Below are positions 31,099 to 46,225 of a stretch of 64,000 nt of DNA, piece after piece; the stretch's first letter is position 1; every line of letters begins with the position of its first letter. Source of the DNA: Eledone cirrhosa. Lineage: Eukaryota. The position numbers were made by a program, and so were the translations under genes. The stretch is from positions 1 through 64,000 of the forward strand of contig CAXHJY010000237.1 in the NCBI GenBank assembly GCA_964016885.1. The letters run 5' to 3'. Under the pieces are notes generated by a model. The model was not told the DNA's origin. It saw only the letters and a program-made list of their open reading frames with translations, and made no database searches.

Positions 31099-34084
31099 AT
31101 ATATATATATATATATATATATATACACTTTCATATACACCCCTATGGTGAATTACGCTATGTTCGTGCCAACTTTAAAGGATCACAACCAGTCTGGTTC
31201 ACACTAAAGGTTCCAAATATTGACTGATGTTATAGGCTGTAGTATATTCTAGACTTAGAACCGAGGAATTAATGGTAAATCTGGATAATCAGTGAAGGTC
31301 GTAAGTATTGAAGTCTAAATGTGAATTATTTCCCTTTAGAAAAATGATACATAAATATAAATTTTAAATAATAAAACAAAAATTCATATTAAATTGCAAT
31401 GTAGGATAGATAGGACTAAATATAAAATATAGATTAAAGTAAGCATTCCGTCTATTGGGGCATACGTACGTGTATGAAGACCACACATGCATGCACACTC
31501 GCACATAATATGTGTGTGTATATATATATGTATGTGTGTGTGCTTATGTGTATATATACATACATATATGTATGTATGTGTGCATGTATAGCTGTTGTAA
31601 CGCTACGAGGATTAAATATTGCTATGTGGATGAGGACCTACTTGAAAAAGGAAGTTAACGAGATCAGAACGAGAACTGCATGGGTGTCCTAATAACAACG
31701 TATATTTAATTTAATTCTATTTTCATTATTATTTTATTTATGGCTATTTTCATTCTTCTTTACTCTCTATTATCTGCTTTCTCTTCAAAAAGTTTTTAAT
31801 GTTCAATTAATTTCATTATAGACTTGAAACTACCTCATTTTGATAATTTAATAAGTAGCTGGAGAGAAATATTAGAGATATGAAGATAAAAAATCCCCAT
31901 TGAAAATGCATTGTCTTTACATTTCCGTTTGATTTCTATATTCAGGCTCCTGTTTTCTATGATAATGGAAATATAATTACAGTGGCTTCCTTTCCATTGT
32001 AAATATAATCAACAACTGGAAGCTAACAATCCCGATAGACACACACACACACACTATATATATGTATATATCAATAGGAATAAATTTATGCTGTAATATC
32101 CGCATAAATATATATGTATTAATAGATTAAACGACAGAAATTTTTAGCTGCTTTATAAGTGCCCTTAATTTTCATTTTTTTATCATATTTATGCGTCTTC
32201 TGGCTCCAGTTAGCCTTCCGTTCTTTCTTTCTCTGTCTCTCTCTTGTATTTGTTTCTTAACTGAAAATGGTAATAGACACATCTTCTAGTCTGACATGTT
32301 TTACTGGCTGTTTAAGGATGTTTAAATTGATTAACTAAACACAAATAAATATAGAGAGTCACACTCCTATACATTCACAGTTTAAAATATATACATGTAT
32401 AGATGCATCTGTCAAAGTTAACACAGAAAGACGGGAATATATTCTGATGAACAAATGTGCACACATGTAGACTGAAGCCTAACACTAACAGAGACATTGC
32501 AGTTGATATAAATATCTGACCAATAATTCAAATATAACAAGAAAGGGATTATATATCAATATAATGATTTTAAGAAATTGTAAGAAATTTTAAGAAATTG
32601 TATTTTAAGAAATTGTATAAAGAGCCTTCAAATGGTGAAACTATTTGTTGTAGCGGGATAGAAGTGATATCCAGATATAACCAAAAATATTAGATTACAT
32701 TTCAGGATTATTTTCCCTTTTGAAGATGGTAGAATCGATTATTAAAGCCACTTCCATCAGATGAAAAGAAGAGGAAAAACATCAAATATGAATCAGGATA
32801 GAATTTCAATGTTTTATTGTAGCGTTCACTTTACTTATCACATTTTACTTTGTTACCTCTCCTCACAAGAAGGCTGAAATTCAATGTTGAAGTTGAGTAA
32901 GATTTGAACTCAAAATGTAAAGAATTGTGTCTAATGACAACAGAGTATTTTCCTTATCACAATCATGATCATCTGGTATTTTTATCCAATATGTTTTTTT
33001 TTTAAGAAGCTGTAGTATAAATTGATTGAGATGTGGTTGCCATTTTTAGCTGTTTGAGCAACTGTGTAAAGGATGCCTCATTTACTCGCATTGTGTCTTC
33101 ATTTTAAGACAGTGGATGTAAGAGATATAAATTATGTCTAGAAAACAAACGAGAAAAAGAAACAGTAGGAAAGTTATATCAAATAACAAACCAAAATCAC
33201 TGTAAATATATACAAAAATGATAGACAAGGAATCATTCGACAGAGATGTTACATATATGCATATCTACATGAACACACACATGCATACACACACATAAAC
33301 AGTCTCAGAGTGAAACACGCCGTCAGAATAAAAGATAAGATATCTTTTTTTTGTAAAGCCAAATCAAGATATTGTTTCTCGAATATGAAAGACATATGAA
33401 TAGAAAATATATTTTAAATTGTCAGATATGAATGACATGATTCCAGTAGCCACTATATCTTCCACGCTAAGAATTCAGAGTTTATGTATATACATACATC
33501 CACATATATATATACTTGTAGAAACATATATATAATATAAATATATATTCATTACTTTGTCTGATTAATTTTTATCTGTTCAAATATTCATATCATATGT
33601 ATCAATTCTCTTGGATATCAAGAATATTTGACAGAAAAAAATTATATATATATGCATATATTTATATAGGTTTTACCAAAAGAAAAGTTTGCAAGCAAGA
33701 AAGAGAAATACAAGTACTCAATACCAATAAGAAATACATGTTGAGTTACCTTTTATTAGAACTTGAAATATTTTTTAACTATCATTCAGTGTTTCACCTT
33801 TCTCACCCAGTCTTATATTCCTTTAATTTAACCTATCAATCTTGTTAGTACCGTAACTGTGTATCATTCCAATAAATGAAATGGTAGACACCTAAACTGT
33901 CGCTGTATTTTTACTTCTATTCTTATGTTAGAGAGTGAATATTCTAAGTTTTTCACCTACCTTCTGTACTACATTAATGCTATTTTTATTGCTATGAATT
34001 TAATGTCATCCCTATTGACTGTTTCGTAATTGAAAATGATATCAAGTTTTTATACACTACCTGATCATTTGTCTCTATAATAAT

Positions 34085-34269
34085 TGTTTCTACTTTAGGC
34101 ACAAGGCCAGCAATTACCCAGTGCATTACTGGTACTTTATTTTATCGACCCCGTAAGGATGAAAGGCAAAGTCAACCTCGGCGGGATTTGAACTCAGATC
34201 GTAAAGGGACGTAACTATGCTGGAAAGCATGGTGTCCGACTCTCTACCGATATTGCCAATCCACCGCCC
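34085..34269 (-). mobile_element. SINE family 1 with TSD (young copy)
   Basis: Nearly the exact reverse complement of 50644-50825. TSD TTGTCTCTATAATAAT at 34069 and 34270. Confidence 0.93.
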
Positions 34270-34997
34270 TTGTCTCTATAATAATATTCCATATTTTCAG
34301 TAGCACATTGAAAATTAACAAAAATGTAGGAAAAGCATATTTCGCCTCCATTCTTGATTACAGTATGTTCCATCATGCCTGGCTTCGGTTTTCATCTGAT
34401 CAGATTGAAATGCTTTCTCTAATTTAGTCAGGGGAAATCTGATCTGCTTTTAGAAAAGACGAGTCACACTACTGATCAGATCACATGCAGCGTTCACTCT
34501 CTGTTCAAGGATATTGACATGTGCTGAGACTGGGACTCCCCCAGATATTCTGTGTGTGTAGAGATGACGTTCATCAAAACCCCAGTCAAAGGACCATTGT
34601 TACATCAATCTTTGCATTGTATAAAGTATTAAGAGTAAACAAGGATAACGAATCTCTAGTGAATACTATAAGTCTACAGAAACTTCTTCAAAATAATTTA
34701 GTCTGAAGGACTGTATAATATCATTCCACTTCTGATGAGATATGTTGAAGTTTACCCCTTCAACAATTTTACATTTAGAATGAAACGTAATCGAATTATT
34801 TAACGTAACAAATCTAGGTTTAATGATAGGCTTGAAGCAAAGAAATGGAAGATATTACGGAATACTTTAATCTAAAGATAATCGAAGCATTTCATCATCG
34901 AAACAATGGAACAATGTATTGAAGAATTATACAACATCAAAATATAAATAATATTTATATATACATAAATGTATATATAACATTTATATATATACAT

Positions 34998-35064
<67 letters not shown>

Positions 35065-35685
35065 CACACATATATATATATATACACACACACATATATA
35101 ATATAACATTTATATATACACCATCAAAATATTCATAACATATACATAAGGTGCAATGTCCCTAAGTCTCTCAGATTATTTGCGTAAACATGATGCATAG
35201 GAGAGAGAGATATAGAAAACCTATAAAGGTGAGGAGTAGAAGTGATTTCCAGTGTTCTTTATATCTTTTATAGATTTCCAACTACTATCCACCTAGCCAT
35301 GGCCGCTAACAGTTATATTTTTATCATGTTAATTGGTTTTTACGCTATATTTATATTGGTACAAAATCGAAATGTTACGACTAGAAATATGTTATTATAT
35401 AGATTTTTCTCTAATTCCCATGTTCTCTCAGATGTTGTGTAATTTTCACTTGCTATTTGACAAATATGCGGCAACTTATGATTTATTCTGGATATTGTTT
35501 GACCTTTAAACAGTCCGTCTCTCCTAAACACAATCATTCTATTGTCAGAATTACTTGTTCTCTCTCGGTTTTACACTTATCAACACAAATTGATTTAGAG
35601 TTAACACGAATATAATATATTCCTCTACGCAATAAATTCATTAATTGCGTGTTTCATTATATTATATATACACACACTATATATG

Positions 35686-35726
<41 letters not shown>

Positions 35727-35728
35727 TA

Positions 35729-35797
<69 letters not shown>

Positions 35798-36269
35798 TAT
35801 GTATATATGTGTATATATATCGATCAGGCCAGTAATATTTTGTGATCTTGAAATGAAAGTATAATCTCTGGCATGCAGTTTTGGCGATATGATTTATTGC
35901 ATTAGAAATGACTCCGAAGGTTTATGCTCTTTTGATTAGAGTTACTGAAAACGTATCTCCAGATTCTTTGAACTGAACTGTTACATGATCTGTAGACGGA
36001 TGAGAGTCAGTTATCATGTGGAAACCTTTCCAAAATGGGAGGAATCGATTGGATCCCAAAGAAGTGTTAAATGCTTCCGTCTATTACAAATCTGTTTACC
36101 GGGAAAAATATGAGATATGTTATTCAATAAATATATTGGGTGCGGATTTTAAAAACTCTCTTTCTCTGATTTAAGTCCACAACATCTGAGTGAATCATTT
36201 GAGAGAAGTTTCTTTCTTTTTGTAACACCCGAGGGAATCGTATTGATATACAGTGTTTCTAGGACATTT

Positions 36270-36540
36270 TAAAATCTGGCAGAGCCCACCTCTCTTCTGG
36301 GCTTGAGTACAGTAGATTTCTTTCAGAGAATGATAGAGAGTGAGAGAACAGAAGAACAGAAGAAAGAAAGAAATATAGAGGAAGAATTTATCCCAGTACT
36401 TGACTGCTACTTTTTTTTATCGACCTCGAATTGACGAAAGGCAAAGTTGACATCGACAGACTTTGAATTCAGAGAGCAGAGAGTCGGAAATGAATACTGC
36501 AAAGCTTTGTATCCGACGTTTTAATGACTGCCAATTCGTC
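36270..36540 (-). mobile_element. SINE family 1, long-tail variant
   Basis: ATCGACCTCG...GAAAGGCAAAGTTGAC core plus an extension homologous to 53655-53765. Confidence 0.7.
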
Positions 36541-36599
36541 ATTGAGGGAAGATACTGTCAACTATTCTAGATATTATAATGAGTAAATCAAGTTGAGTT

Positions 36600-36800
36600 T
36601 TACTTACACAAATTGTTGCATAAATTCAGCCTCGAATATATGAAAGTCTCTTAGTAAAGAAGAATATTTCTCCAAGTACCTCGTCTAGTGTTGGCTGTTA
36701 CCTTAATAATGATTAATACTTTTCAATGCATTTCTTTAGTACTTTCAAAATGTGGAGCTAAGCTCATCTATTGGAGTTCCAATAATCTTGGATAGAATGT
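36600..36800 (-). mobile_element. Possible decayed Penelope-like endonuclease C-terminus
   Basis: The minus strand gives ELS.HILK...IIKVTANTRRGT...L..E, loosely like the PLE 'ELSKHIWKLK..W.II..Y.RG..C.LC..E'. Confidence 0.3.
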
Positions 36801-37217
36801 TCTTTGAACCCTCAATGGTATTGTTATATCACCGTCTGTGTTAATTTTCATATAGCTGCAGAATTTCCACCCAATAAAGGTGTTAAATTATCATTCGCCA
36901 CCTTGAAGCCAGGCTTCAGTGTTTCTTTCTTCACCAATAGAAATCTATTAGGTGTTAAATCACGCTTGTAATGATATCTACCAACTTTTCTATATGTTCT
37001 TAGCACGTCCATCACTTATACATGCTTCTACACACACATATATAACTCACAATTATAAATTGAGGCTTCAGAAATTCAATAATCTCCCCAATAATACGTC
37101 ATTTAATATCACAATTCTCGAATTAACACGTTTTATAAACTGACTCCAAGTTCCGTAAAGTAGCGATCATATATAAACATACTACTCTGACGAAGCGAAG
37201 AACAAGTTAACAGAAAT

Positions 37218-37470
37218 CAGTGATTCCCATGGAGAGGGGTGGGGTGGGGATTTAATATTTAAGTGGGGCAATTTGTTAATAAGAACAGACTTCAGGTTCC
37301 TGTCTCACCTTCTCCTCCAACACATGTTATTGTGCTTCTGGTACCACCTATACACCAATCTGTTTACACTTTGCAGTTGATCGTTGCCGTTTTAATATGG
37401 GGGGGGGGGGGGGATACTATTTTTGAGATGTGGAATTGAGCCATGATACACAAAAGGTTGGGAGGCACTG
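37218..37470. mobile_element. Possible hAT-type MITE
   Basis: Termini CAGTGATTCCCA / AAAAGGTTGGGAGGCACTG. The 8-bp flanks match only partially. Confidence 0.45.
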
Positions 37471-38679
37471 ATATAAATATTATGTCTAAACAACAACAAA
37501 ATATACTAATATATCTGGCAGCAGCAGAGAACAAGAAAACTATATTGAAAGGGAAATTATATAGGTCGAATTTTCAGTTCTGATATGTGCCGAAAACAGC
37601 AATAAATCGAATTCCAATGCTGAATATTCGAAATATTTATGGCAAAATACCAACCGCTTCAAATATGACAACCATGTTATTAGAATACTTTCCTTCTTTC
37701 TGTATTTTTCTTTTATTCTTTTATTCAAATATCTCACTTTTTGCCATTTGGCTGGCTCTTTTAACTTTTTCTTCTCTCCCTTAAACACCAATCATCTAAT
37801 TAACCATAAGGTGGCATGTGATTATATATATATATTTATATATATTTATTTATGTTCGTACACGGAACAAAGGCGCAACCTAAGGTTTGACCATACCTCC
37901 GGGAAAACAAGACGCAACAAAGTAGTGACTTTTCTTTGGCCGCTTATACAAGTTTATATTTCCCGATTGAGAACTATTCTCCTTTTTCCTTTTCACACAC
38001 ACACACACAGACACATATATACATACATATATATATACCTACCAACTCTCTCTCACTATATATATATATACAGTGAGAGAGAGTTGGTAGGTACGTATAT
38101 ACACAACTTATATGAGCATGCATATTGTTTCATTCTTGTGTGTACGTTTGTGTGTGTCTATCCACATTCATGTGACGTCTTTTGAATGCTTTCTGTGACA
38201 TAATATTTGAGTTGAGGGTGACGTGGCTTTTATCACGATACAATAACAATATTCTCTTGCTGGCTACAATAAAATCTTTAACCTTTCGGCTACATTCCAA
38301 TAATAAAAGACTTTCAAGTATTGTTATTATGTAATAAATCGTATCTCGACAGTAGTATACATCTCAGACGATATTTAATTAAAGGGATTCAGGTGAGATG
38401 ATAAAACATTTATCACATCGTATGTCATGGTGTGTATGAAGTGTATACAATACAATCAAAATATTTTCACTTGCATATGTTTGCATGTATATATATATAT
38501 ATTTTTTTTTTTATATACACACATATATATACGATATACATTATATATATATATAGGGCGTGTAGATGCATATATATATATTTAGGGTTATGTGTGGATG
38601 TGTGTTCACATCTTCACTTTCTTCAAGCCATACAGAATATTATGTAAAATTTCTTTAGAACAGGGAATGTAGGAACACT

Positions 38680-39420
38680 TTAAAGTTCTTGAAATGTGGA
38701 ACTAACTTATGAAAAGGAAAGGTATTGTTGGCTCCTTTAGAGGATGAAGCAATTTGGATAAAGACTGGAGAATTGATGGCAGATAATGATTAAAATATTT
38801 ATATGGGCTGGGTGAGTAAGCAGGAAAAGAGCATAGGTTTCATTGTACATAAGAATGCCTTAAAGACATGTTAAAGTGCACATCGATTTTCCAGCAGGAT
38901 ATGCACAAAAAGACTTGGCCTCTAAGAGATGCAGCATCTTAATCATCTGAATGTCTGTTGCAACTTGCGATTACAATCACGAAGAAGTGGATAATCGTAT
39001 GAAGATCTATAAATGAAATCAAATAAGGATGAAAACAAATACCTACTTATAATTTAAAGTGGCTAGAATGCAAAAATTTGATCAGATTCTCATGATACAT
39101 AGGAAGGTAGAGTTAACTATGGTTTGGAAAAAGCTAACAGCAGGGCGAAAAGATTATTTGATTTTGCAAAACAACATAAATTTTAACACGTACAAACACA
39201 TCAGAACAAAGAGTAAAGAATAATAAAGTGGTATTCACCCGGAAAGATATAGTAACCACTTTTATTCTCATACCCAAAATATTACTACTCGAATACAAAT
39301 GAAACTAAATCTCTAGGTGTTCCAGGAAATTTTCTATAGGCTGTCATCAAAAACTATTAATGGTAATAATGAAAATCAATATCAAATCAGTCAAGAAAAA
39401 TTCCCACTTTTACAATGCTT
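38680..39420 (+). mobile_element. Old RTE-type LINE APE-endonuclease remnant
   Basis: Interrupted motifs in the expected order: W.KTGE, IGFIVHK, SSRICT.RL, EEVD..YEDL, NAK, GLEKANSRAKRLFDFAKQH, WYSPG. Confidence 0.75.
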
Positions 39421-40537
39421 ATTACTAGATGTATATGTTCAATGAATGGGAGTCTTTCAAGAAATCATAATGATTTCTTTATTTCTTTATTTATTAATAA
39501 TAACAGTTGTTTATTGATAAGTTGAGAATCCTTGGATAGATAGATATATTTTAATCAGTTCTGATGAAAGGAAATATCTGACACAAAAATGATATGAAAA
39601 CGAATCAGCAGAAATAGAATATGGATTACCCAATAGGGAAATACGGGTAGCATATGATACATGGGTTAAAAAATGATGTGATGAAATCAAAATTGATCAT
39701 AGAATAAATATCTCAAGAAAAAATAAATAACAGATCGTTAATGATGTAACCAAAGAAGGGGTAGAGAAATGTCAATTTTTTAAAAGAAAGAATATAAATA
39801 TGACGAGCTACTAACCAAGGTAAAGTAACGGAGAGACAGAGAGAGAACTGTAAGAAGGTTTACAGGTGTAGGATTATATATGTATATATCCATAACTTTT
39901 GTTGGGGAGGTAGTGTCAACATAGTGCCTGTATTAGAAATATATAGAGAGATGGAGGCGTTGTTTTCAAGTAGGATGTACCTTCAGTAATAAATGCTGGA
40001 TACATACTGCTCAACATATATTCACGTCTTTCTCAAAGCAATCACCAGCTAAAGCAAAACGGATTGACTCCAGTTACGGGGAGGAACGAATCAATACTTA
40101 TTTCATGAACTCATCTTATGAAAAGCTTATCATTTGCTCTCACATCACTTGCAGCCCGTCAATTTTAGATTTAATCACATTACCATTTAAATTTTATTTT
40201 AGAAATTAAGAAGATACTGACAAGAAGCAAAAATCGATTATGCTTAAACACATGCATTTTTATTTCCTAAAATAAATGGACCGGACGACCGAACTATGTT
40301 CTTTGCAATTATACCGTAAAACAAATAAATAAAAACTGATACAGATGCTCTTTACTTTCACTTTTGAAGTTGCCTTTAATCTAATAAACTGGCTGAGTTT
40401 AGCGGTAATTTAAATATTACCCAAAGATAATATCATCATTCCGTTTACGTCACTCATGGGATGCTAGAAATTCTTCATTTTGCTTTCTCGTTCATTCTCT
40501 GTCTCTGTCACCTCCCTCTGTCTCTCTCTCTAAATAT

Positions 40538-40570
<33 letters not shown>

Positions 40571-40575
40571 ATTGA

Positions 40576-40628
<53 letters not shown>

Positions 40629-43378
40629 GTGTTATCTCTATATCTTTCTTCTCTATATATGTGTGTCTGTGTATGTCTGTAGCTATTTGCATTTGTGTGC
40701 GTCTGTGTTTATGTGTGTGCCCCCGTCTGTATATGCAGATATGTATGTGTATATGTGTGTGTGTAGCTCTCTGGCTTTCATTATGTCTTTCATGTTCATC
40801 TCGTTATCTAGCAATCGCCATTTCCTTCATGTTGTAACCTATATTTATTTGTTTACTTCTTTATGCCGTTACCTGGTTAGTTGGCTGGATGGCTGGTCTG
40901 CTGGTTGGTAGGCTGGATGACTGGTCTGTTGCATGGTTGGTTGGTTGACTCTCATATACTGTTTATTTTGTTTCATATTTTCATTAGCATTCAGCAACAT
41001 TTTGTTGCCTTTTAAATACTGTATGTTTATATATATATATTTGTTTCATTTGCTGCTATCTTTGATCTCTCGGTTGGAATAATTATTGAATAAGATATAA
41101 TGTACAAAATCTTTACAGTAGAAGATGTTTGAAGTTACATCAACGTCGCTGGTTTACAACAGCAACAACAGCAACAATAATGCTGCTCCTAATAATAATA
41201 ATTTAGTATATATTTAATGCATTTATGACTGGAAATTTTAATTAGATACCTCACTGTGGAAAAACAAATGTGTAACCCTACATTCTAATATTCCCTGATA
41301 AAAGTCGATGTCTACCTCAGCAAGAGTCAGAATCAGAACGTAATGCCCCAAGCTATGTTGTCTGACACAGTAAAAGGACTAAAAACTACCAAACAAAATA
41401 AAGGTGAAATCATCATAAAACCAGTAGAAAGTGACAAAACTAAGAGAATTTCAATAACAGAAGACTTGGGAGAACAATTCATATATATATATTCACAAAT
41501 TATTCTCCTAATCAAAGGTTACAAAGGTTCCTTCTTTCTCTCTCTCTGTCTTTTCTGCATCCTGTTTACTGAATACTGATGAAAATATGAAACAAAATAA
41601 ACACACACTCACTCTCTCTGGAAGAAATCGGCTTTTACCCGACCTGGAGATGGATGGATTGTACCAGATTTAAAATACTAAAAAATACATGACATGTCAA
41701 AGGTTTAGGGCTTATTAGCATTTCTTTTACACCGAGCTAGCCCGACAGTTCCTTGTGATTTGCAATATTGAGAATGTATTAAGCAACAACGTCATTCTTC
41801 AAAACTTGCAATATAAAATATACATAAATAAATACATTAAAAAATATGTAAATATATTTAAAGAAACTAAAGAAGTGAAACATCAGTCTCAGAAACGATA
41901 GATCTCTTACCATCTTTTCAGACCCCACCACCACACGTCAATCTCCCCCCACCCCTCACAGTAATAAAAAAAAATGGAGTTAAATAATTCAAATAAATAT
42001 AGTGGAGCAGAGATACCAGAAGAGATATCAGCTTTAAGTAGATTACATTCTTGATTGACATATACCAATTATTGATACTCCTGTATTGGACAGAGAGCAA
42101 AGAGTAATGCTATTATCGGTAACAAACCACCTCCTCACTCTTCAAACAACAACAAAATAATGCTAATGTGAACACGAAAAAAAAAAAGAACATACACAAA
42201 AAACTCTGTTACACTAATAACTACAAACGGCAACAACAACAACATTAACATAAACATCAAATGATTTAATGAAAAACAATTAATAGCAAGAAAATGAGAA
42301 TATTAAAACCACAATGAAAATGACAAAATTCGACGATGTAAAGAACAAAAGCTTCATTATCATCATCATCACCATCGTCATCATCATCATCATTCAGACT
42401 TCAAATTAAAATAAAATAAAGATGAGACGAAAATCAATTCCTAAAGTTATGTGAAAGACTAAATTTATAACTACAACAACTACTACTACTTTGAACTACG
42501 ACCACTTGTGTTGGGTGGTTAGCTGTCAGTTGTTAATCGGCTATGCTCTTCAAATATCATTATGAAATATTTAACCTTAATTTCAAATATGACATTGTAA
42601 AGTTTCACCTTAGCTACACACCATCCCATATAAGATGGCAGTAAGATTATTGTCTTAAACTAGTCTTCATTGACACATAAATCTACTCCATATATTTTGC
42701 CCTTCTCATTCTTTGGCATCATATATGGAATTCTCTCACATTCTTAATATACCTTAAGATTTCCGACGAAGAAAGATTGTCAGCCTTCTTGGATGGCATT
42801 TTTGCTGCCCCTAGCTCATCTTATAGTCGTTCAGGATATTGTGCTTACAGACACTTCTGTTGCGATGCGGTGTAGTGGAGGTGTTTTTACCGTGGTGGAG
42901 ACAGACACTTCTGCTGTGATGGCGGTGTAGTGGAGTTTGGTTCTACTACTCCAATTGCTGACAGGGCCAGGCGTGATGATGGCGGTGCTCTTAACCACAC
43001 TGTTGTTTATGGGGTTATTTTCATAGCCAAATATTGACCTAGAATTGGGAAGCTCTGATTTTTAACAGTGAAAGGGAATTCTATCTCAATTCCCTCGTCC
43101 ATCTCCTCCTCTTTAAATGCATTTTTACTAGTTCATCTCCCCTTCTCACCATACGAATTCACTTCATATATTTGATAAAGTTTCAACATAATTTCAGAGG
43201 AAATATGTTTAATTGCTTGGGCGTTTATAGGGACTTTAAAAACAAAATATCAACATGCCACTCCTCACGGTCATTTCCGTAACAAGAAATGCAGCAAAAA
43301 CTTAATACAAAACATCCCTGAAAGGTCAAACTAATAAATCGTTTTCAAACATAAGGTGTGGTAAAACAGTTGATAATC

Positions 43379-43500
43379 AATAATAGAGGTAAGCAATGAT
43401 AGTGGTAAGTAATGATAGTGGTAAGTAATGATAGTGGTAAGTAATGATAGAGGTAAGTAATGATAGTGGTAAGTAATGATAGAGGTAAGTAATGATAGTG
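43379..43500 (+). repeat. 16-bp minisatellite (GTAAGTAATGATAGWG), about 7.5 copies
   Basis: GTAAG recurs at 43389, 43405, 43421, 43437, 43453, 43469 and 43485. Confidence 0.95.
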
Positions 43501-43819
43501 TTATGGGTCGATGGATCGATGGAACGGTAAATGGTTGTGGTCGCCTTTTTTCAAATACGCTTTTCCACAGCTCATTTTCCAAACATAGTTGCAGTCTTTG
43601 GTGAAAAAAAAGGACCATGACAAGGAGACTAGTCCCTCAAATATTGCCAGGGAATATCAGTCGGACACTGTGATTGATGAAAGTTCCACATAAGTTACCT
43701 ATAGTGCCGGGGAAAGGTGAGGACATTCTCTGGTAAGTCTCAGGTGTCGAGGAAATTGACCTGGCTGGACTGTTCCGAAGGACTTTCAGTTTAGGGAAAA
43801 TGGATACTTCTGAGAAATT

Positions 43820-43968
43820 ATGTGTATCACGTTGAATCTCCCTGAGAAATAGGTCACAAGAATACATGTCTGTGGAATGATCACTCACTTGCAAGTTAAT
43901 TTCATGAGGAGGCTGGTTCTGTTGATCAAATCATCTGGAAGAGTGATCGTTGTAACTGACGGAGTGAC
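43820..43968 (+). mobile_element. SINE 3' domain (likely tail of family 2)
   Basis: GAATCTCCCTGAGAA...TGTCTGTGGA...CACTTGCAAGTTAATTTCA...GTAACTGACGGAGTG. A related inverted copy lies near 10030-10155. Confidence 0.6.
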
Positions 43969-46116
43969 AGTTTACTGGGGGAGGGAGGGGGGGGGGCTAT
44001 GTTTTGGATAATTTAGTGCGGAGAGGCTGCTCGCTGTTGTTGATGGTGGTGGTCATGATGATGATGATGATGATGAGGAGGAGGAGGATGGAATGATTAC
44101 TATATATTGTGAGGGTGCTGACGAAAAAGATGATCTCGATAAAGGTGAAGACGGTGATGATAACGATGATGTGGTGCAGGTGATGGTGGTGGTGATAAGG
44201 ATGAGGTCATGATCTTGTTAATGATGAAGTGATTGTGATGACGATAATAAGAGTGATGATGATGGCGATAAGGATGAGAGCGATGTTGATGTTGTTGTAG
44301 ATGTAGCGGTAACGTAGGAAATGTCAAGACTTGACATTTTAAAGATAGAGGAGGCGGTGGGGAGATATTGTATTATGAGAAGAAGGAAAGAAAGAAAAAG
44401 AAGATGATGAGGAAAAAGGAAAAGAAGAAAATATGCATAAATGAAAGAACTCATCAACAACAACATTGGGACTTCAAATGAAATAAGGTAACAACAAAAA
44501 TATAAATACCTGGTGGTGATGATGGTGGTGGGGCCCTCAAAATCCTGTAAAATTATTATTAAAGTTTCTCTGAGGATTCTGTCAGATTCTGCATTTCATT
44601 TTTTAATATTTCCAAATATATCTGTTTGGACCAGGGCTGGATTTAATGGGGGGCAGGGGGCTAACTAATATAACAGTCCATGTTATGTATATACCTCACA
44701 ACAGTCCATATCATATGTAAATAACATAGACCACATAACAATATAACAGTCCATGTTATATATACCACACAACAGGGATGACCAAACTTCTGTTGTTGCA
44801 GGAGAAATTTGCATAAAACTGATGAAAACCTGACAACAATCATAATATTTCTTGTTGCTGTTGTTGTCTTTGTATGTGTTGTTATTATTGTTGTTGTTGT
44901 TATTATTGCTGTTGTTTTTATTATTGCTGTTGTTTTTGTATTTTTGTTGTTGTTGTTATTACAGCTGAGGATTACATATTATGAGGATTTATTATTATGT
45001 TATTTTATTGTTATTATTTATCGTATCTTTTTAATCAAATGTTTCAATAATTGTAGATATAAGTGAAGTAAAAAAAATATTCCGTTTGAGATTTCATGAA
45101 AGAACTTCTTTCATTTAAATTGTTGATACAGAAAGAAATGTATTAGCTAAAACAATTTTAATGTAAGGATAAATAGTAAGAGAAACAAAGACGAGGAGGA
45201 GGAGGGGAAGGGGGGGAGAAGGAGGAGATAAGAATAAAAATAATCTGCTGCTGCTGATGTAGTTCATACAGTTTGTATGAGACCGATATATGATTGATGG
45301 TATGGTGGAAAATAAGGATATATGTATATAAATATATACAAATACACATAAATACGCACACACAAATCATATATATATATATGGAGTTATATACACACAC
45401 ACATACATGACTGTGTACAGGCGTTCTAATGATGTTTTTGAAGCTATTTTCTTTGACATTCGACTGGTTTCATCTTTTCATTTTAGAATTAAATGTCATA
45501 AAATAAATATCCAACATGTATTCAGGATAACAGTGAAAAGTATCTGTGTTCCTCATCTCCCGTATTAAGACCCAGCATATCTGAATAGTTAAGGAGTTTT
45601 CTTTGTAATCATGAGTGGAGGAGGAAAAGGGGTATATAAATCCATCAAATGTATGTTTATTTGGTTGTTTGAATGATATACATGCCTGCTGATGAGGGTC
45701 TAATTATATCCAGAAATCAATTAAACGTGTTTCTTATTTTCTCAATTTACAGGGAAATTGATGCAGTCCCAGTTACACAATCTGTATTTATACAGATGTA
45801 GATTTATATAGTTGTTATTTAGCCCATACAAAGGCTACCTTTAATTTTCTCCTCATAGACACAATCACAGAGGTGCTTCTACACATAAGCCTTTAGTTGA
45901 CAACAATGCTGTGTACTACGGACGGAGATCGAATCAAAACCACCCTAATTAGAAAGCAAACTTTATAACGAAAACTTATCGAATTTACGAAATAAACTCA
46001 ATAGAGGATGATACGAATGGATAATATCCCGATCCTCATTCGCTTACTAAATGGGGTGGAATTTCCATTGGTCTTTCCAATCGCTAATACTATCTACCGG
46101 TTGCAACTCCTGCCAG

Positions 46117-46225
46117 AAGGAGCAATGTGAAATAAAGTATTTCTCCTCAAGAACAAAACACTTCACTCGGTCCGGGAATTGAGCTCACAACCTCACGATT
46201 GTGAATCCACTGAACAATGCATTTT
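46117..46225 (-). mobile_element. SINE family 2 head fragment
   Basis: GGAGCAATGTGAAATAAAGT...GGAATTGAGCTCACAACC, homologous to 58810-58890. Confidence 0.7.

Noticed and set aside
41575-41600. CTGATGA...GAAAC as a hammerhead (also CTGANGA words at about 18478, 32444, 34732, 37187, 39561 and 44819)
   Set aside because: No supportable stems I, II or III. These words are expected by chance in AT-rich DNA.
43379-43500. CRISPR-like array
   Set aside because: There are no unique spacers, the context is eukaryotic and there are no cas genes.
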